A stretch of DNA of 64,000 nucleotides from Candidatus Cloacimonadales bacterium (GTDB taxonomy: Bacteria; Cloacimonadota; Cloacimonadia; Cloacimonadales; DAONDQ01). The notes under the pieces are model-generated. The model was not told the DNA's origin and did not search any database. It saw only the letters and a list, made by a program, of their open reading frames with translations. A program made the translations under genes and the position numbers. Below are positions 1 to 9,117 of the stretch, piece after piece (position 1 is the stretch's first letter; every line of letters begins with the position of its first letter). The stretch is taken from NCBI GenBank assembly GCA_963662275.1, contig OY759316.1, positions 1,024,001-1,088,000 of the forward strand, in the 5' to 3' direction.

Positions 1-432
1 AAAAGCATTTCTAAATGGAGATTTATCAAACATACTGACGATCTTAACTGTGTATAAATAGACAAGCATAATCGAGAAAGCACCCATGAAGGATGACATA
101 GAACTTGCTACAAGAGCATGGGGGATACCGTTAGCTATCACGGCAAAGGCACGACCAATAAATATGTAGAAAGGATTACCTGGTGGATGGGGGATTCCCA
201 ATATGGAAATACAGGTTGCATATTCTCCAGAATCCCAGAAGGACATTGTTTTCGCATTAGTCAGTAAATATACAATCAGCGTTGAGATAAAAATACTGAT
301 GGCGATGATCCAATTTGTTCTTGGTGCCAGGATATTTTGAGGTCTTAACTTCTCGTAAGAGATTGAATCTTTAACTGCTATTGGTTTAGGCATAGCAGCT
401 CGGGCTGTTTCTGCGGGTCTTTTTTTTATCAT
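1..432 (-). CDS. DUF2723/TMEM260-like membrane glycosyltransferase, N-terminal part (runs off window)
   Basis: Manual translation from ATG at 432: MIKKRPAE...TM helix...SFWDSGEYATCISIFGNPHPPGNPFYIFIGR, the DUF2723 signature (WDxGE...HPPG.P). Confidence 0.8.
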   Translation of the reverse strand, partial: MIKKRPAETARAAMPKPIAVKDSISYEKLRPQNILAPRTNWIIAISIFISTLIVYLLTNAKTMSFWDSGEYATCISILGIPHPPGNPFYIFIGRAFAVIANGIPHALVASSMSSFMGAFSIMLVYLYTVKIVSMFDKSPFRNAF

Positions 433-455
433 AGGTTCTCCATATATTCTGCTTG

Positions 456-577
456 GTGGAGTAAGATTCTAATCTTACTATTCATCCAGCTAATTTATTA
501 AATAATATTCTCGCATTCACACGATCGGCGTCGTGATCTACAGTCTCGTATTCAGTAAGATCGGAATCTTACTCCAC
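456..577. repeat. Inverted pair of REP-like hairpins enclosing a third REP-like hairpin
   Basis: GTGGAGTAAGATTCTAATCTTACT (456-479) and inverted AGTAAGATCGGAATCTTACTCCAC (554-577); between them, on the minus strand, GTAGATCACGACGCCGATCGTG (~520-541). Confidence 0.65.
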
Positions 578-585
578 GTTCCAAT

Positions 586-1569
586 TTAATCTTTCATACC
601 TGTGGAAGCTGCACTGGCAATGATTTGCTTCTGGGCAAACAGGAACAGGATGATTAATGGCATAATACTAAAACTGGAAGCTGCCATTAAAAGCGTAGTT
701 TGGGATGAAGCTTCCTGTGAAAAATAACTTAATCCGACTTGGAGAACTCTAAGCTCTTCGCTATTGGTCATGACAAGAGGCCACATAAAACTATTCCAGG
801 AGCCGATGACAGAAAAGATAGAGGCGGTGGCAATAACAGGTTTTGACAGTGGCAATACTATACGCCAGAGCATACCGAAACGAGTGCAGCCATCGATTGC
901 TGCTGCATCAAATAACTCATTCGGAATGGATTTGAAATGCTGACGGAATAGGAATATTGTAAAGATATTCGCCAACCAGGGGATAATAAGGGCATTAAAT
1001 GTATCGATCCACCCCAACTTATCCAATAGAATATATGACGGTATCATAAAAACAGGTTCAGGAACCATCATCATACTGATAAAGAGGAAAAAGAACCATT
1101 CCCGACCCCAGAATTGCATGCGGGCAAAGGCATAAGCAGCTAAAGCGGATGTAATCAGGACGCCAATTAAAGTAACCAATGCTACATAGATAGTATTGGC
1201 GAAATACCTGGCAAATGGCACTTTCTTGAAAGCAACCCCGAAGTTTTCCCAGTGAAGTTTGAATTTCTTGATTTGGTGAATACTTGCTTTTGGGATACGT
1301 TGGTATTCCTTTGCTAATGTACCTTGCTCATCATATAGGTTGACGATACTGTCAGAGCCTTTATCCAGGACGATTTGAACCCTGTATGTTTTCCCATCCA
1401 GGGTATACGTTTGATATTTATCGATTGGGATGAAACCGACATTTCCTTCATTCACATCATTTTGAGATTTCAACGAAGTAGTAATCATCCAAAGAAATGG
1501 AACTATCATGGATAGACCACAAATGATCAGAATAATGTAAATAACGCTGTTTTTTAACCAGTTGATCAT
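586..1569 (-). CDS. Carbohydrate ABC transporter permease (MalG/UgpE-like)
   Basis: EAA-type loop (ELFDAAAIDGC), WNSFMWPL motif, multiple TM helices. Confidence 0.92.
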   Translation of the reverse strand: MINWLKNSVIYIILIICGLSMIVPFLWMITTSLKSQNDVNEGNVGFIPIDKYQTYTLDGKTYRVQIVLDKGSDSIVNLYDEQGTLAKEYQRIPKASIHQIKKFKLHWENFGVAFKKVPFARYFANTIYVALVTLIGVLITSALAAYAFARMQFWGREWFFFLFISMMMVPEPVFMIPSYILLDKLGWIDTFNALIIPWLANIFTIFLFRQHFKSIPNELFDAAAIDGCTRFGMLWRIVLPLSKPVIATASIFSVIGSWNSFMWPLVMTNSEELRVLQVGLSYFSQEASSQTTLLMAASSFSIMPLIILFLFAQKQIIASAASTGMKD

Positions 1570-1578
1570 GCCCCCTCC

Positions 1579-2514
1579 TTAGTAGTTCACCGATTTTTCC
1601 AGTTTCTTCTGCCAAAGCGTCAGACCCAGGATGATCATAAAAAGGATGAGCGCAACAGCGCTGGCATAACTCAGGTTCTGATTATCAAAACCAGTTTCAT
1701 AAATATAATAGACAATCACTTTAGTCGTTTTCAGCGGACCGCCAATAGGAGGACCTGTCATAAGATAGATCTGTGCAAAAGCTTGGAATGTGACGATAGT
1801 GGTCATAATCAAAACATAGAATGATGTGGGAGAGACAAGGGGAATCGTGATACCAAAGAATTGCCTGGTTTTTGTAGCACCGTCTATCTCTGCAGCTTCA
1901 TACATTTCCTTTGGTATATTCTGAAGACCGGCAAGATAGATAATCGTATTATAACCCAGGCTTTTCCAAACGGTTAAAATGATGATACAGAATAACGCCA
2001 TTGATGGACCACCCAGCCAGGCAGGAAGGTGGATACCAAACTGTGAAAAGAATAAGGTGAAAATACCGGTACTATCTGCAAGCCACCCTTGCGGTCCTAA
2101 GCCAACCTTTTGCAGGAAGAAATTTGCCAAACCGCTTTGTTGGTTGAAGATGATCTTCCAAACAATGGATACGGCAACCAGTGATGTGACAAAAGGAAGG
2201 AAATAAATCGTTCGGAAGAAGCCTTTCAAATGTTTCACCTGGTTGAGTAACGCTGCAAAAAAGAGGGAAAGCACTATACTGAGTGGAACAACAAAAATAA
2301 CGAGATAGAAGGTATTAAGAAGGGAAGTCCAAAAATCAGGATCATTCAATAAATGAGTATAATTTTCCAACCCAATAAATTTACCTGCACCATTGATTGT
2401 CCATTCAAAAAAGCTGACAAAGAAAGTCAGGACAATCGGTACGAAACGGAAGGCAAATGTCAAGGCAAATGCCGGTAAAATATAGAGAAAGGGCGTATAA
2501 CGATTCTCTTTCAT
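1579..2514 (-). CDS. Carbohydrate ABC transporter permease (MalF/UgpA-like)
   Basis: LAGLQNIPKEMYEAAEIDGA EAA motif, FRTIYFLP, TM helices; adjacent to the second permease. Confidence 0.93.
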   Translation of the reverse strand: MKENRYTPFLYILPAFALTFAFRFVPIVLTFFVSFFEWTINGAGKFIGLENYTHLLNDPDFWTSLLNTFYLVIFVVPLSIVLSLFFAALLNQVKHLKGFFRTIYFLPFVTSLVAVSIVWKIIFNQQSGLANFFLQKVGLGPQGWLADSTGIFTLFFSQFGIHLPAWLGGPSMALFCIIILTVWKSLGYNTIIYLAGLQNIPKEMYEAAEIDGATKTRQFFGITIPLVSPTSFYVLIMTTIVTFQAFAQIYLMTGPPIGGPLKTTKVIVYYIYETGFDNQNLSYASAVALILFMIILGLTLWQKKLEKSVNY

Positions 2515-2640
2515 ATTCCTCTCACCAAGGGATTTCTACAAATTAAAATATCACTAAATATTACGCACAATCAAAGGATCATGGAGAAAATGTCAAATGT
2601 TATTTGATTTCGACACAAGTATGATATGAAAAACCGGTTT

Positions 2641-3834
2641 CTAGAGCTTAAATTTTGTAGCAAAAACACGAGATCCCATCCCTGATTTATGACTTTCTGA
2701 ATTACCTATTGCCAGTAAATCACCATCAGGACAAAACAACAGTTGATTCAGTGTTTCTGAGTATTTACCTCGGATCTGAAGTTCTCCGATTTTGCTATTA
2801 TTTGGTCGATACTTTTGGATATAGACATCAATTCCAAAATCTGGCTGAGAAGTATTTATTTCATCAATCCCAATATAGAAAGTACTATCCTTAACCAAAA
2901 AAAAGCGTGGCGTGTAATCAGCCGTAGGGATATCACATGATAATATCTTATCAGGTTCCCTATCTGGATGAATCATTCCAACAACAAGGGAACTGTCCTT
3001 TGTTGCGACTACATACAATTTCGCATCAATCGAAGTGACTAGTTTTAATGCCTGATATTTATTCGTATCACTCATAATTCTAAATCCATCCAGTTCATGG
3101 TAAGTGAGAAGCGTCGAACCTTTATAGGGATCATATGTTGTCGCAAAAACAGTATTGCTTTTTGGATTGCATGTTATGGAAGTTATCCTGAGACTATCCT
3201 GGATGAGGTAAACGAATTTCTTATCACTAATTTTCTGGTTTTGTAATAATAGCTTATCCAGGTTCACTGTTTTCTCAACATCATCATACCATAAAAAAAA
3301 GGCGTAATCATTCATTAAGATGCCCTTAGGAGGTGTATGTGAAGAGACTTGATATGCAACGGATTGATATCCGAGTAAATTACCCTGCAAATCCGTGGAG
3401 ATGATAACCGGATTATATATCCCTTCTTGTTCCCTGATTGCATAAACATAGCATTTATCATTGAGTATCTGGAAATCTGAGATCGTGATCGTACTTTTAT
3501 GTTGAAAGTGCTTTTTCCAATAATTGAGAGAATGATTTGTGAGTTTTTTTTCCCATGAGAGTTTCATATCAGGAAGAAGCTTTATCAATGAGACTGTACC
3601 AGGTTCTGTCAATATTGATGAGGCAATCAGAACAGAACCATCATGTAAGAGACAAGCTTTACTGGAGGAATAACTGCCTTTATTCAAACCAACGAAACCG
3701 AGATTTTGATTATATTGTTCCACTTTTTTCCTGGATATATAATCAAGTATATGAGGAAGTAATCGCACAATGCATATACCCAGGATAAAAATGAATAATG
3801 CAATGCTTAGCCCCTTGCGTAATTTAATCTTCAT
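2641..3834 (-). CDS. Hypothetical membrane-anchored protein, beta-rich
   Basis: Long ORF with N-terminal TM/signal segment; start chosen at MKIKLRK (ORF track starts at 3864). Confidence 0.6.
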   Translation of the reverse strand: MKIKLRKGLSIALFIFILGICIVRLLPHILDYISRKKVEQYNQNLGFVGLNKGSYSSSKACLLHDGSVLIASSILTEPGTVSLIKLLPDMKLSWEKKLTNHSLNYWKKHFQHKSTITISDFQILNDKCYVYAIREQEGIYNPVIISTDLQGNLLGYQSVAYQVSSHTPPKGILMNDYAFFLWYDDVEKTVNLDKLLLQNQKISDKKFVYLIQDSLRITSITCNPKSNTVFATTYDPYKGSTLLTYHELDGFRIMSDTNKYQALKLVTSIDAKLYVVATKDSSLVVGMIHPDREPDKILSCDIPTADYTPRFFLVKDSTFYIGIDEINTSQPDFGIDVYIQKYRPNNSKIGELQIRGKYSETLNQLLFCPDGDLLAIGNSESHKSGMGSRVFATKFKL

Positions 3835-3847
3835 TACTTCATCATTA

Positions 3848-4630
3848 TTATTCAGCAACAACAATGATCCCTGTACCTTTAGGATTCTTACCCAGCATGT
3901 CCAGGTGCATAAAAAGATAGCATATCGGGTAGTAAATTAAATAATAAGGAACCAGGAGGGGAAATAGCAGAATCGACTTTTTCAGGATATTCATTGGGAT
4001 TTTCAGAGCCATTAACCAATAGAGATGCCCCCAAAAGCCATAAGAGTATTCAAAGGAAACAACGTTAAAACCTGCAGTTTCTAATTTTGATGTAATATCT
4101 TCTTTTGAGTACCCGGGTCGAATATGTTCTTCTGTGAATTCTGCAGCTATATCTAAATTACTTGGGGAAGAAATGATTAGCTTTCCACCCGGATCAAGAA
4201 CCGATCTAAAATTCTTCAGGACTTGAACATCATCTGTAATGTGTTCTAAAATATCAATAGCTAAAATCAGATTAAAGTGACGTTTGGGAATGTAATCCTG
4301 GAGATCAGCCTGCCGACATTTGAAGTTCTTCCACCCTTGATCTTGTGCGAAACTGGCAAAAGATTCCATGTAATCTGTTTTTAAATCAACAGCCAGGACT
4401 TCTGCATTCTTCCAATTTTTTAGAATAAAATAGGAGTATTGTCCGAATCCTGCACCTGCATCATAAAACTTTACAGGAAAATCAGGAGGAAAGTACTGCC
4501 TGACTTTTCGAAAGACATACCATTCTCTTAAAAACAGGAGATGCTGCTTGAAATAAAAGATTACTCTCAAAAAGGGAAATAGGTCAATGACCGTGGCTAG
4601 TTTATCTTTGACTTTATCATATAACATCAT
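3848..4630 (-). CDS. Class I SAM-dependent methyltransferase
   Basis: YDAGAGFG motif I, IDILEHI, LDPGGKLII. Confidence 0.85.
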   Translation of the reverse strand: MMLYDKVKDKLATVIDLFPFLRVIFYFKQHLLFLREWYVFRKVRQYFPPDFPVKFYDAGAGFGQYSYFILKNWKNAEVLAVDLKTDYMESFASFAQDQGWKNFKCRQADLQDYIPKRHFNLILAIDILEHITDDVQVLKNFRSVLDPGGKLIISSPSNLDIAAEFTEEHIRPGYSKEDITSKLETAGFNVVSFEYSYGFWGHLYWLMALKIPMNILKKSILLFPLLVPYYLIYYPICYLFMHLDMLGKNPKGTGIIVVAE

Positions 4631-4666
4631 TACTCTCCATTACGCACTTTGAACTTCGCACTTCTC

Positions 4667-5581
4667 TCAAGGCATGTTCATTTGGAACTGTTCTATCCTA
4701 TATCGCTGATCATTTACTGAACTTATTCCCTCAGCTTTTCGGGAGATATCCATTTGCCGAGTTGGAGTATAATAGTTGATTACAAGCATCTGATTATTAT
4801 TGATGTAGCTGTTTTCAGTCCAGGTAGTGATAAAACTATTCGTGATCACTTTTACATCCCAAGTATCGCGAGTAACAGTCCAAGACGCATAATTTGTAGA
4901 TGCCAAGGTTCCCGATAGAAGGTTATTTCCCCAATCTGTGGATGAATGCGGACTTAAATATACTTCGTTAATGGTTTCTGAAGAATAGTTTCTAACGGTA
5001 ATAGCAGCAGCGTTTGCTATGATATTATACGTTTCGGTGGCATTTAAATTAACCGTGGCTGTATAAGGATCGTGAAAAACATAAGTACCGGTCATAGTGA
5101 AATCGGCAGTATTGCTTGCCTCTGTCATATACCAGGCTTGGGTATAATTGCCATTAGCGTTAATCGAAACTGGATCATCCAGCCCGGGAATTGTGAGAAT
5201 GACGATTCCAGCAGTTAGGTTGATGAATTGGATGCATCCCCGATTAGGATCAAGTACCCTGGTAGTTACTTCACCTTGGCTTACATGATCGGTGAGAGTT
5301 ACAGATCGAAGATATAATCCGTCACAAGTATAGGAAACAGATGTACTTTTCGGATCAGTGATGGAACTCTTCATATATAAATCGAAAGTTGTATTGCTAT
5401 TGGCGTCAATGATATCCTGTGTATTATTTGCCCAAGTTACATAAATAGGCGCATTCGTATTATTAACTATTTTAAGGCTGCCGTAGCTATTGTGATGATG
5501 TTCTGAAGAACTGCTTTCGAAGCATGAGGTTAATAAAAATGCAGTAAAAAACAACAAGATGAAGATGCCCAGATGTTTCAT
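4667..5581 (-). CDS. Putative lipoprotein
   Basis: MKHLGIFILLFFTAFLLTSC lipobox; RBS GGAG upstream; repeated beta-sandwich-like segments. Confidence 0.7.
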   Translation of the reverse strand: MKHLGIFILLFFTAFLLTSCFESSSSEHHHNSYGSLKIVNNTNAPIYVTWANNTQDIIDANSNTTFDLYMKSSITDPKSTSVSYTCDGLYLRSVTLTDHVSQGEVTTRVLDPNRGCIQFINLTAGIVILTIPGLDDPVSINANGNYTQAWYMTEASNTADFTMTGTYVFHDPYTATVNLNATETYNIIANAAAITVRNYSSETINEVYLSPHSSTDWGNNLLSGTLASTNYASWTVTRDTWDVKVITNSFITTWTENSYINNNQMLVINYYTPTRQMDISRKAEGISSVNDQRYRIEQFQMNMP

Positions 5582-5685
5582 AGTAAACTCCTTTATATGC
5601 TCCATTATTTACTAGATTTTTTCTTACAAAGATATAATATGAATTAAACATTCTTTGTCAATGTTGAATGTGGGGAGGAGGGAAT

Positions 5686-5804
5686 AGCGGACAGGGTACA
5701 GCGGACAGGGTACAGCGGACAGCGAACAGGATACAGCGGACAGGGTACAGCGGACAGCGAACAGGATACAGCGGACAGCGAACAGGATACAGCGGACAGG
5801 ATAC
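5686..5804. repeat. Heptamer tandem repeat, 17 units (AGCGGAC/AGGGTAC/AGCGAAC/AGGATAC)
   Basis: Counted directly: 17 x 7 nt = 119 bp. Confidence 0.9.
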
Positions 5805-6141
5805 ATAGTACTGTACACCGTGAGGACAGAGAGGTGACACACGTGTCAGTCAGATGAAGACTGATCTGATCTCCCTCCCTTTGGATAAAGGGAGGGATTA
5901 AGGAGTTTGATGCTCTTCTTCAGGTGTCAGTTACTAGGTGCTAGGTACTATTCCTCCCTTCAGATGAAGGGAGGTGAATAATATTATGAATTTGAGCCAT
6001 GAGTATTCCCAAGTTGAGCCAGTGCTCCACTATAATTGAGCCAGGGAATATTCTACTTTGAGCCACCTTGCATAAATCAGAGTGTGATTAACCATGTGGC
6101 AATGCGCTGAAGAGCGCAAATAACACAATGGAGGTCACAAA

Positions 6142-7686
6142 ATGACCAATTATCGAGAAATCTTGCGTTTACAGGCGCAAGGAATTAGTGAAAGGAATAT
6201 TGCTCAAAGCCTGCCGTGCTCCCGCAATACCGTATCCAAGGTGCTGAGGGCAGCAGCCCAACAAGCTGTTTTCTGGCCAATTTCTGATACAATTAGTGAC
6301 AGGGAATTGGGGAAGATGCTATTTCCCATTGTAAATATCGAAGGGTGTCGCAAGATGCCGGATTTTGAGCATATACACAAGGAGTTAGGTAAAAGCGGTG
6401 TAACCTTGTCGTTATTATGGCACGAGTATTCAGAGCTATGCCGGCAGAATCAGACGATACCCTATCAATACAGTCGATTCTGCGAGCTTTACACGGAATA
6501 TGCTCATCAAACCAAGGCAACCATGCGCATTCATCACAAGCCGGGTGAGAAGCTTGAGGTTGATTGGGCAGGTCAATCTGCGTATTTGACAAACAATCTT
6601 ACCGGGGCACAGCTTAAAGTTCCAGTCTTTGTCGCTGTTTTGCCCTATAGTGGCTATGCTTATGTTGAAGCACTTCCCAATATGAGTCTGAGTAACTGGA
6701 TTCAGGCTCATGTAAACTGCTTTCAATATATGAACGGCGTGGCAAAAATACTGGTTCCTGACAACCTCAAGACAGGTGTGGAGCGGGTATCCGGTGGAAG
6801 CAGTGTAATCAACAGGACATATAATGAGCTGGCTAATTACTACAATACAGTGGTCATCCCTGCCAGGGTCAGGCATCCCAAGGATAAGGCAAGTGCTGAA
6901 GGGACAGTAGGTATTATCTCGACCTGGATTCTGGCTGCTCTTCGCAACAGGAGTTTCTTCTCGCTTAGAGAACTCAATAAGGCAATCAGGGAAAAGTTGG
7001 CTGAATTTAACAGTAAGCCTTTCCAGGTCAAAGATGGCTCCCGTGAAAGCGTATTTTGGCAAGAAGAACGAGAGCAGCTGCTTCCCTTGCCGGAGGAGGC
7101 TTATGAACTGGCTACATGGGCTACAGCAACGGTTGGTTACAACTATCACATTATGGTTGATAAGAAGTACTATTCAGTGCCTTATGAATATATCCACCAC
7201 AAAGTAGATATTCGCCTAACCGCCAGGGTGGTGGAGGTCTTTTACAATTCAGTCAGAATAGCCTCCCCCAGGGGCTTGGAGGGAAACTCTGAGCGATATC
7301 AGACCAATGCCGAACATATGCCCAAGGATCATCAGGAATACCGGAAATGGGATGCAGATAGTTTTGTTGACTGGGCTTGTACTCTTGGAACAAGCACTGA
7401 GTTGGTAATCAAGTCAATCCTGGGATCATGCAGGGTTGAACAGCAAGGTTATCGCACCTGCATGGCTGTGCTAAGCGCTTCAAAAAAGTACGGCTGTCAA
7501 AATTTGGAAAATGCCTGTCAGAGAGCATTAAGCTACACACCAAATCCGAGTTACAGAATCATCAAGACTATTCTAAACTCAAATGAACAGAAGAGAAGCA
7601 CCGATAATGATGCTGAAGCGGTGCAAAGCTCAGAGTATGCCATCAGCCGGGAATCAGGTTACTACGGGAGAAACGAAAATGACTAA
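6142..7686 (+). CDS. istA: IS21 transposase IstA
   Basis: N-terminal HTH, EVDWAG, VPDNLKT, PKDKASAEG DDE motifs, YSVPY. Confidence 0.95.
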   Translation: MTNYREILRLQAQGISERNIAQSLPCSRNTVSKVLRAAAQQAVFWPISDTISDRELGKMLFPIVNIEGCRKMPDFEHIHKELGKSGVTLSLLWHEYSELCRQNQTIPYQYSRFCELYTEYAHQTKATMRIHHKPGEKLEVDWAGQSAYLTNNLTGAQLKVPVFVAVLPYSGYAYVEALPNMSLSNWIQAHVNCFQYMNGVAKILVPDNLKTGVERVSGGSSVINRTYNELANYYNTVVIPARVRHPKDKASAEGTVGIISTWILAALRNRSFFSLRELNKAIREKLAEFNSKPFQVKDGSRESVFWQEEREQLLPLPEEAYELATWATATVGYNYHIMVDKKYYSVPYEYIHHKVDIRLTARVVEVFYNSVRIASPRGLEGNSERYQTNAEHMPKDHQEYRKWDADSFVDWACTLGTSTELVIKSILGSCRVEQQGYRTCMAVLSASKKYGCQNLENACQRALSYTPNPSYRIIKTILNSNEQKRSTDNDAEAVQSSEYAISRESGYYGRNEND

Positions 7687-8434
7687 TAATACTACTATCA
7701 TTAAACTTCGAGAGATGCTGTTAAATGGCATGGCAGATGCCTACCGAAATCAGGTTAACGATAAATCACTGGAAAACTACAGCTTTGATGAGCGCTTTGG
7801 CATGCTGGTTGATATAGAATGGGATAAGCGCAAGAATAATAGGCTTAAACGTCTGATTCACGGTGCCGGCTTCAAGTTCAGTAACGCGAGCATAGCAGAT
7901 ATTGACTACCATGAAGACAGGAAACTTGATCGTAGTGCAATCGTTGAATTGGCATCATGTTCATTTATTGGAGAGAATGAGAATATCATCATCACGGGAG
8001 CATCAGGAAGCGGTAAAACATGGCTGGCTTGTGCATTTGGCATAGCTGCCTGCAAGAAGTACTTCACTGTAAAATACGTCCGCCTGCCTGAACTGTTGGA
8101 TGACCTCGCTGTTAGCCGTTGTGAAGGCGGGCATCAAAGAGTCATAGACAGATATGTAAATGCGAAACTGCTGATACTTGATGAATGGCTGTTAACCAGG
8201 ATAAACGAACAGGAGGCTAAAGATCTCTTTGAAATAGTCGAGATGAGGTATTCCAAAGCATCTACGGTCTTGTGCTCTCAGTTCAAAACCGGAGGATGGC
8301 ACGAGAAGATTGGACAACCCACTCTCGCTGATGCCATCCTTGACCGGCTTGTTCATAACTCTCACCATATATTTATCGATGGGAAGATGTCAATGAGAGA
8401 ACGCAAGGGAATAATACAAATCAATAAGAAATAG
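7679..8434 (+). CDS. istB: IS21 helper ATPase IstB
   Basis: Walker A GASGSGKT, Walker B LLILDEW, ADAILDRLVH; ATG overlaps the istA end. Confidence 0.95.
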   Translation: MTNNTTIIKLREMLLNGMADAYRNQVNDKSLENYSFDERFGMLVDIEWDKRKNNRLKRLIHGAGFKFSNASIADIDYHEDRKLDRSAIVELASCSFIGENENIIITGASGSGKTWLACAFGIAACKKYFTVKYVRLPELLDDLAVSRCEGGHQRVIDRYVNAKLLILDEWLLTRINEQEAKDLFEIVEMRYSKASTVLCSQFKTGGWHEKIGQPTLADAILDRLVHNSHHIFIDGKMSMRERKGIIQINKK

Positions 8435-8456
8435 CCGGTTCCCTCTTAGATGCATC

Positions 8457-8509
8457 GTTCCGGCTGCTGCTTCGCTCGGACTACGTCCTCACTCCGCAGC
8501 AGCCGGAAC
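8457..8509 (+). other. GC-rich hairpin in IS21 3' region
   Basis: 14-bp perfect stem GTTCCGGCTGCTGC / GCAGCAGCCGGAAC. Confidence 0.7.
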
Positions 8510-8830
8510 TTCATCCTCCCTAATAAAGTTGATAATATGTAATAAGGCAATAAGATACGTCGTGTGGCTCAAAAAGATAATATAGTATGGCTCAATTATA
8601 GTGGAGCACTGGATCAACTTAATCGGACAAGGTGGCTTTTCTGAGCGGAATATGCAGGGAGGTGACTTTTTAGGTCGGAGAGTTTGATTATGTTAATTGT
8701 AGTAGCTCCGGGTTTAACCGGTTGCCATCCCATCTCCCTTTTTGCAAAAAGAACTCACAATTCTAAAGTAAATGAACAAGATAATAGCAAACATCTTTGC
8801 ATTGAAACGTACTAGGGTTGGAATACGATA

Positions 8831-8899
8831 CTATTACGGTAGCATTACGGTTTTTTACCGTAATGCTACCGTATTGCTACCGTATTGGTACCGTAATGC
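8831..8899. repeat. 11-mer tandem repeats (TACCGTAATGC) in inverted arrangement
   Basis: Four copies on one arm plus inverted copies giving a perfect 17-bp stem (8835-8851/8857-8873) with a T5 loop. Confidence 0.8.
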
Positions 8900-9117
8900 T
8901 TTTTAATAAGATTTGCATGAAGTATAGATATAATATATACTTTCATTCATTGACAGTATTTATCAATATGCTTAATATTGTATATATTTCAGAAGTGTTG
9001 ATTGAATGGTTGAATTTAGAGAAATGCATTTAAAGATCGTTGAAATGCTTATAATGAAGTTTATCACATGCTTTTTTAAGTAAGGATTCACTATAATGTA
9101 TTAAGTAAGGAGATAAA

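Larger units (their letters stand above)
5975..8656 (+). mobile_element. IS21-family insertion sequence (istA-istB)
   Basis: TG...CA ends; GGGAGG direct repeat at 5969-5974 and 8657-8662; multiple subterminal TTGAGCCA repeats, including a 33-bp inverted match with 1 mismatch (AAGTTGAGCCAGTGCTCCACTATAATTGAGCCA). Confidence 0.9.

Noticed and set aside
5624..5842. ORFs 5624-5842 and 5658-5840
   Set aside because: Translations of the heptamer tract; low complexity.
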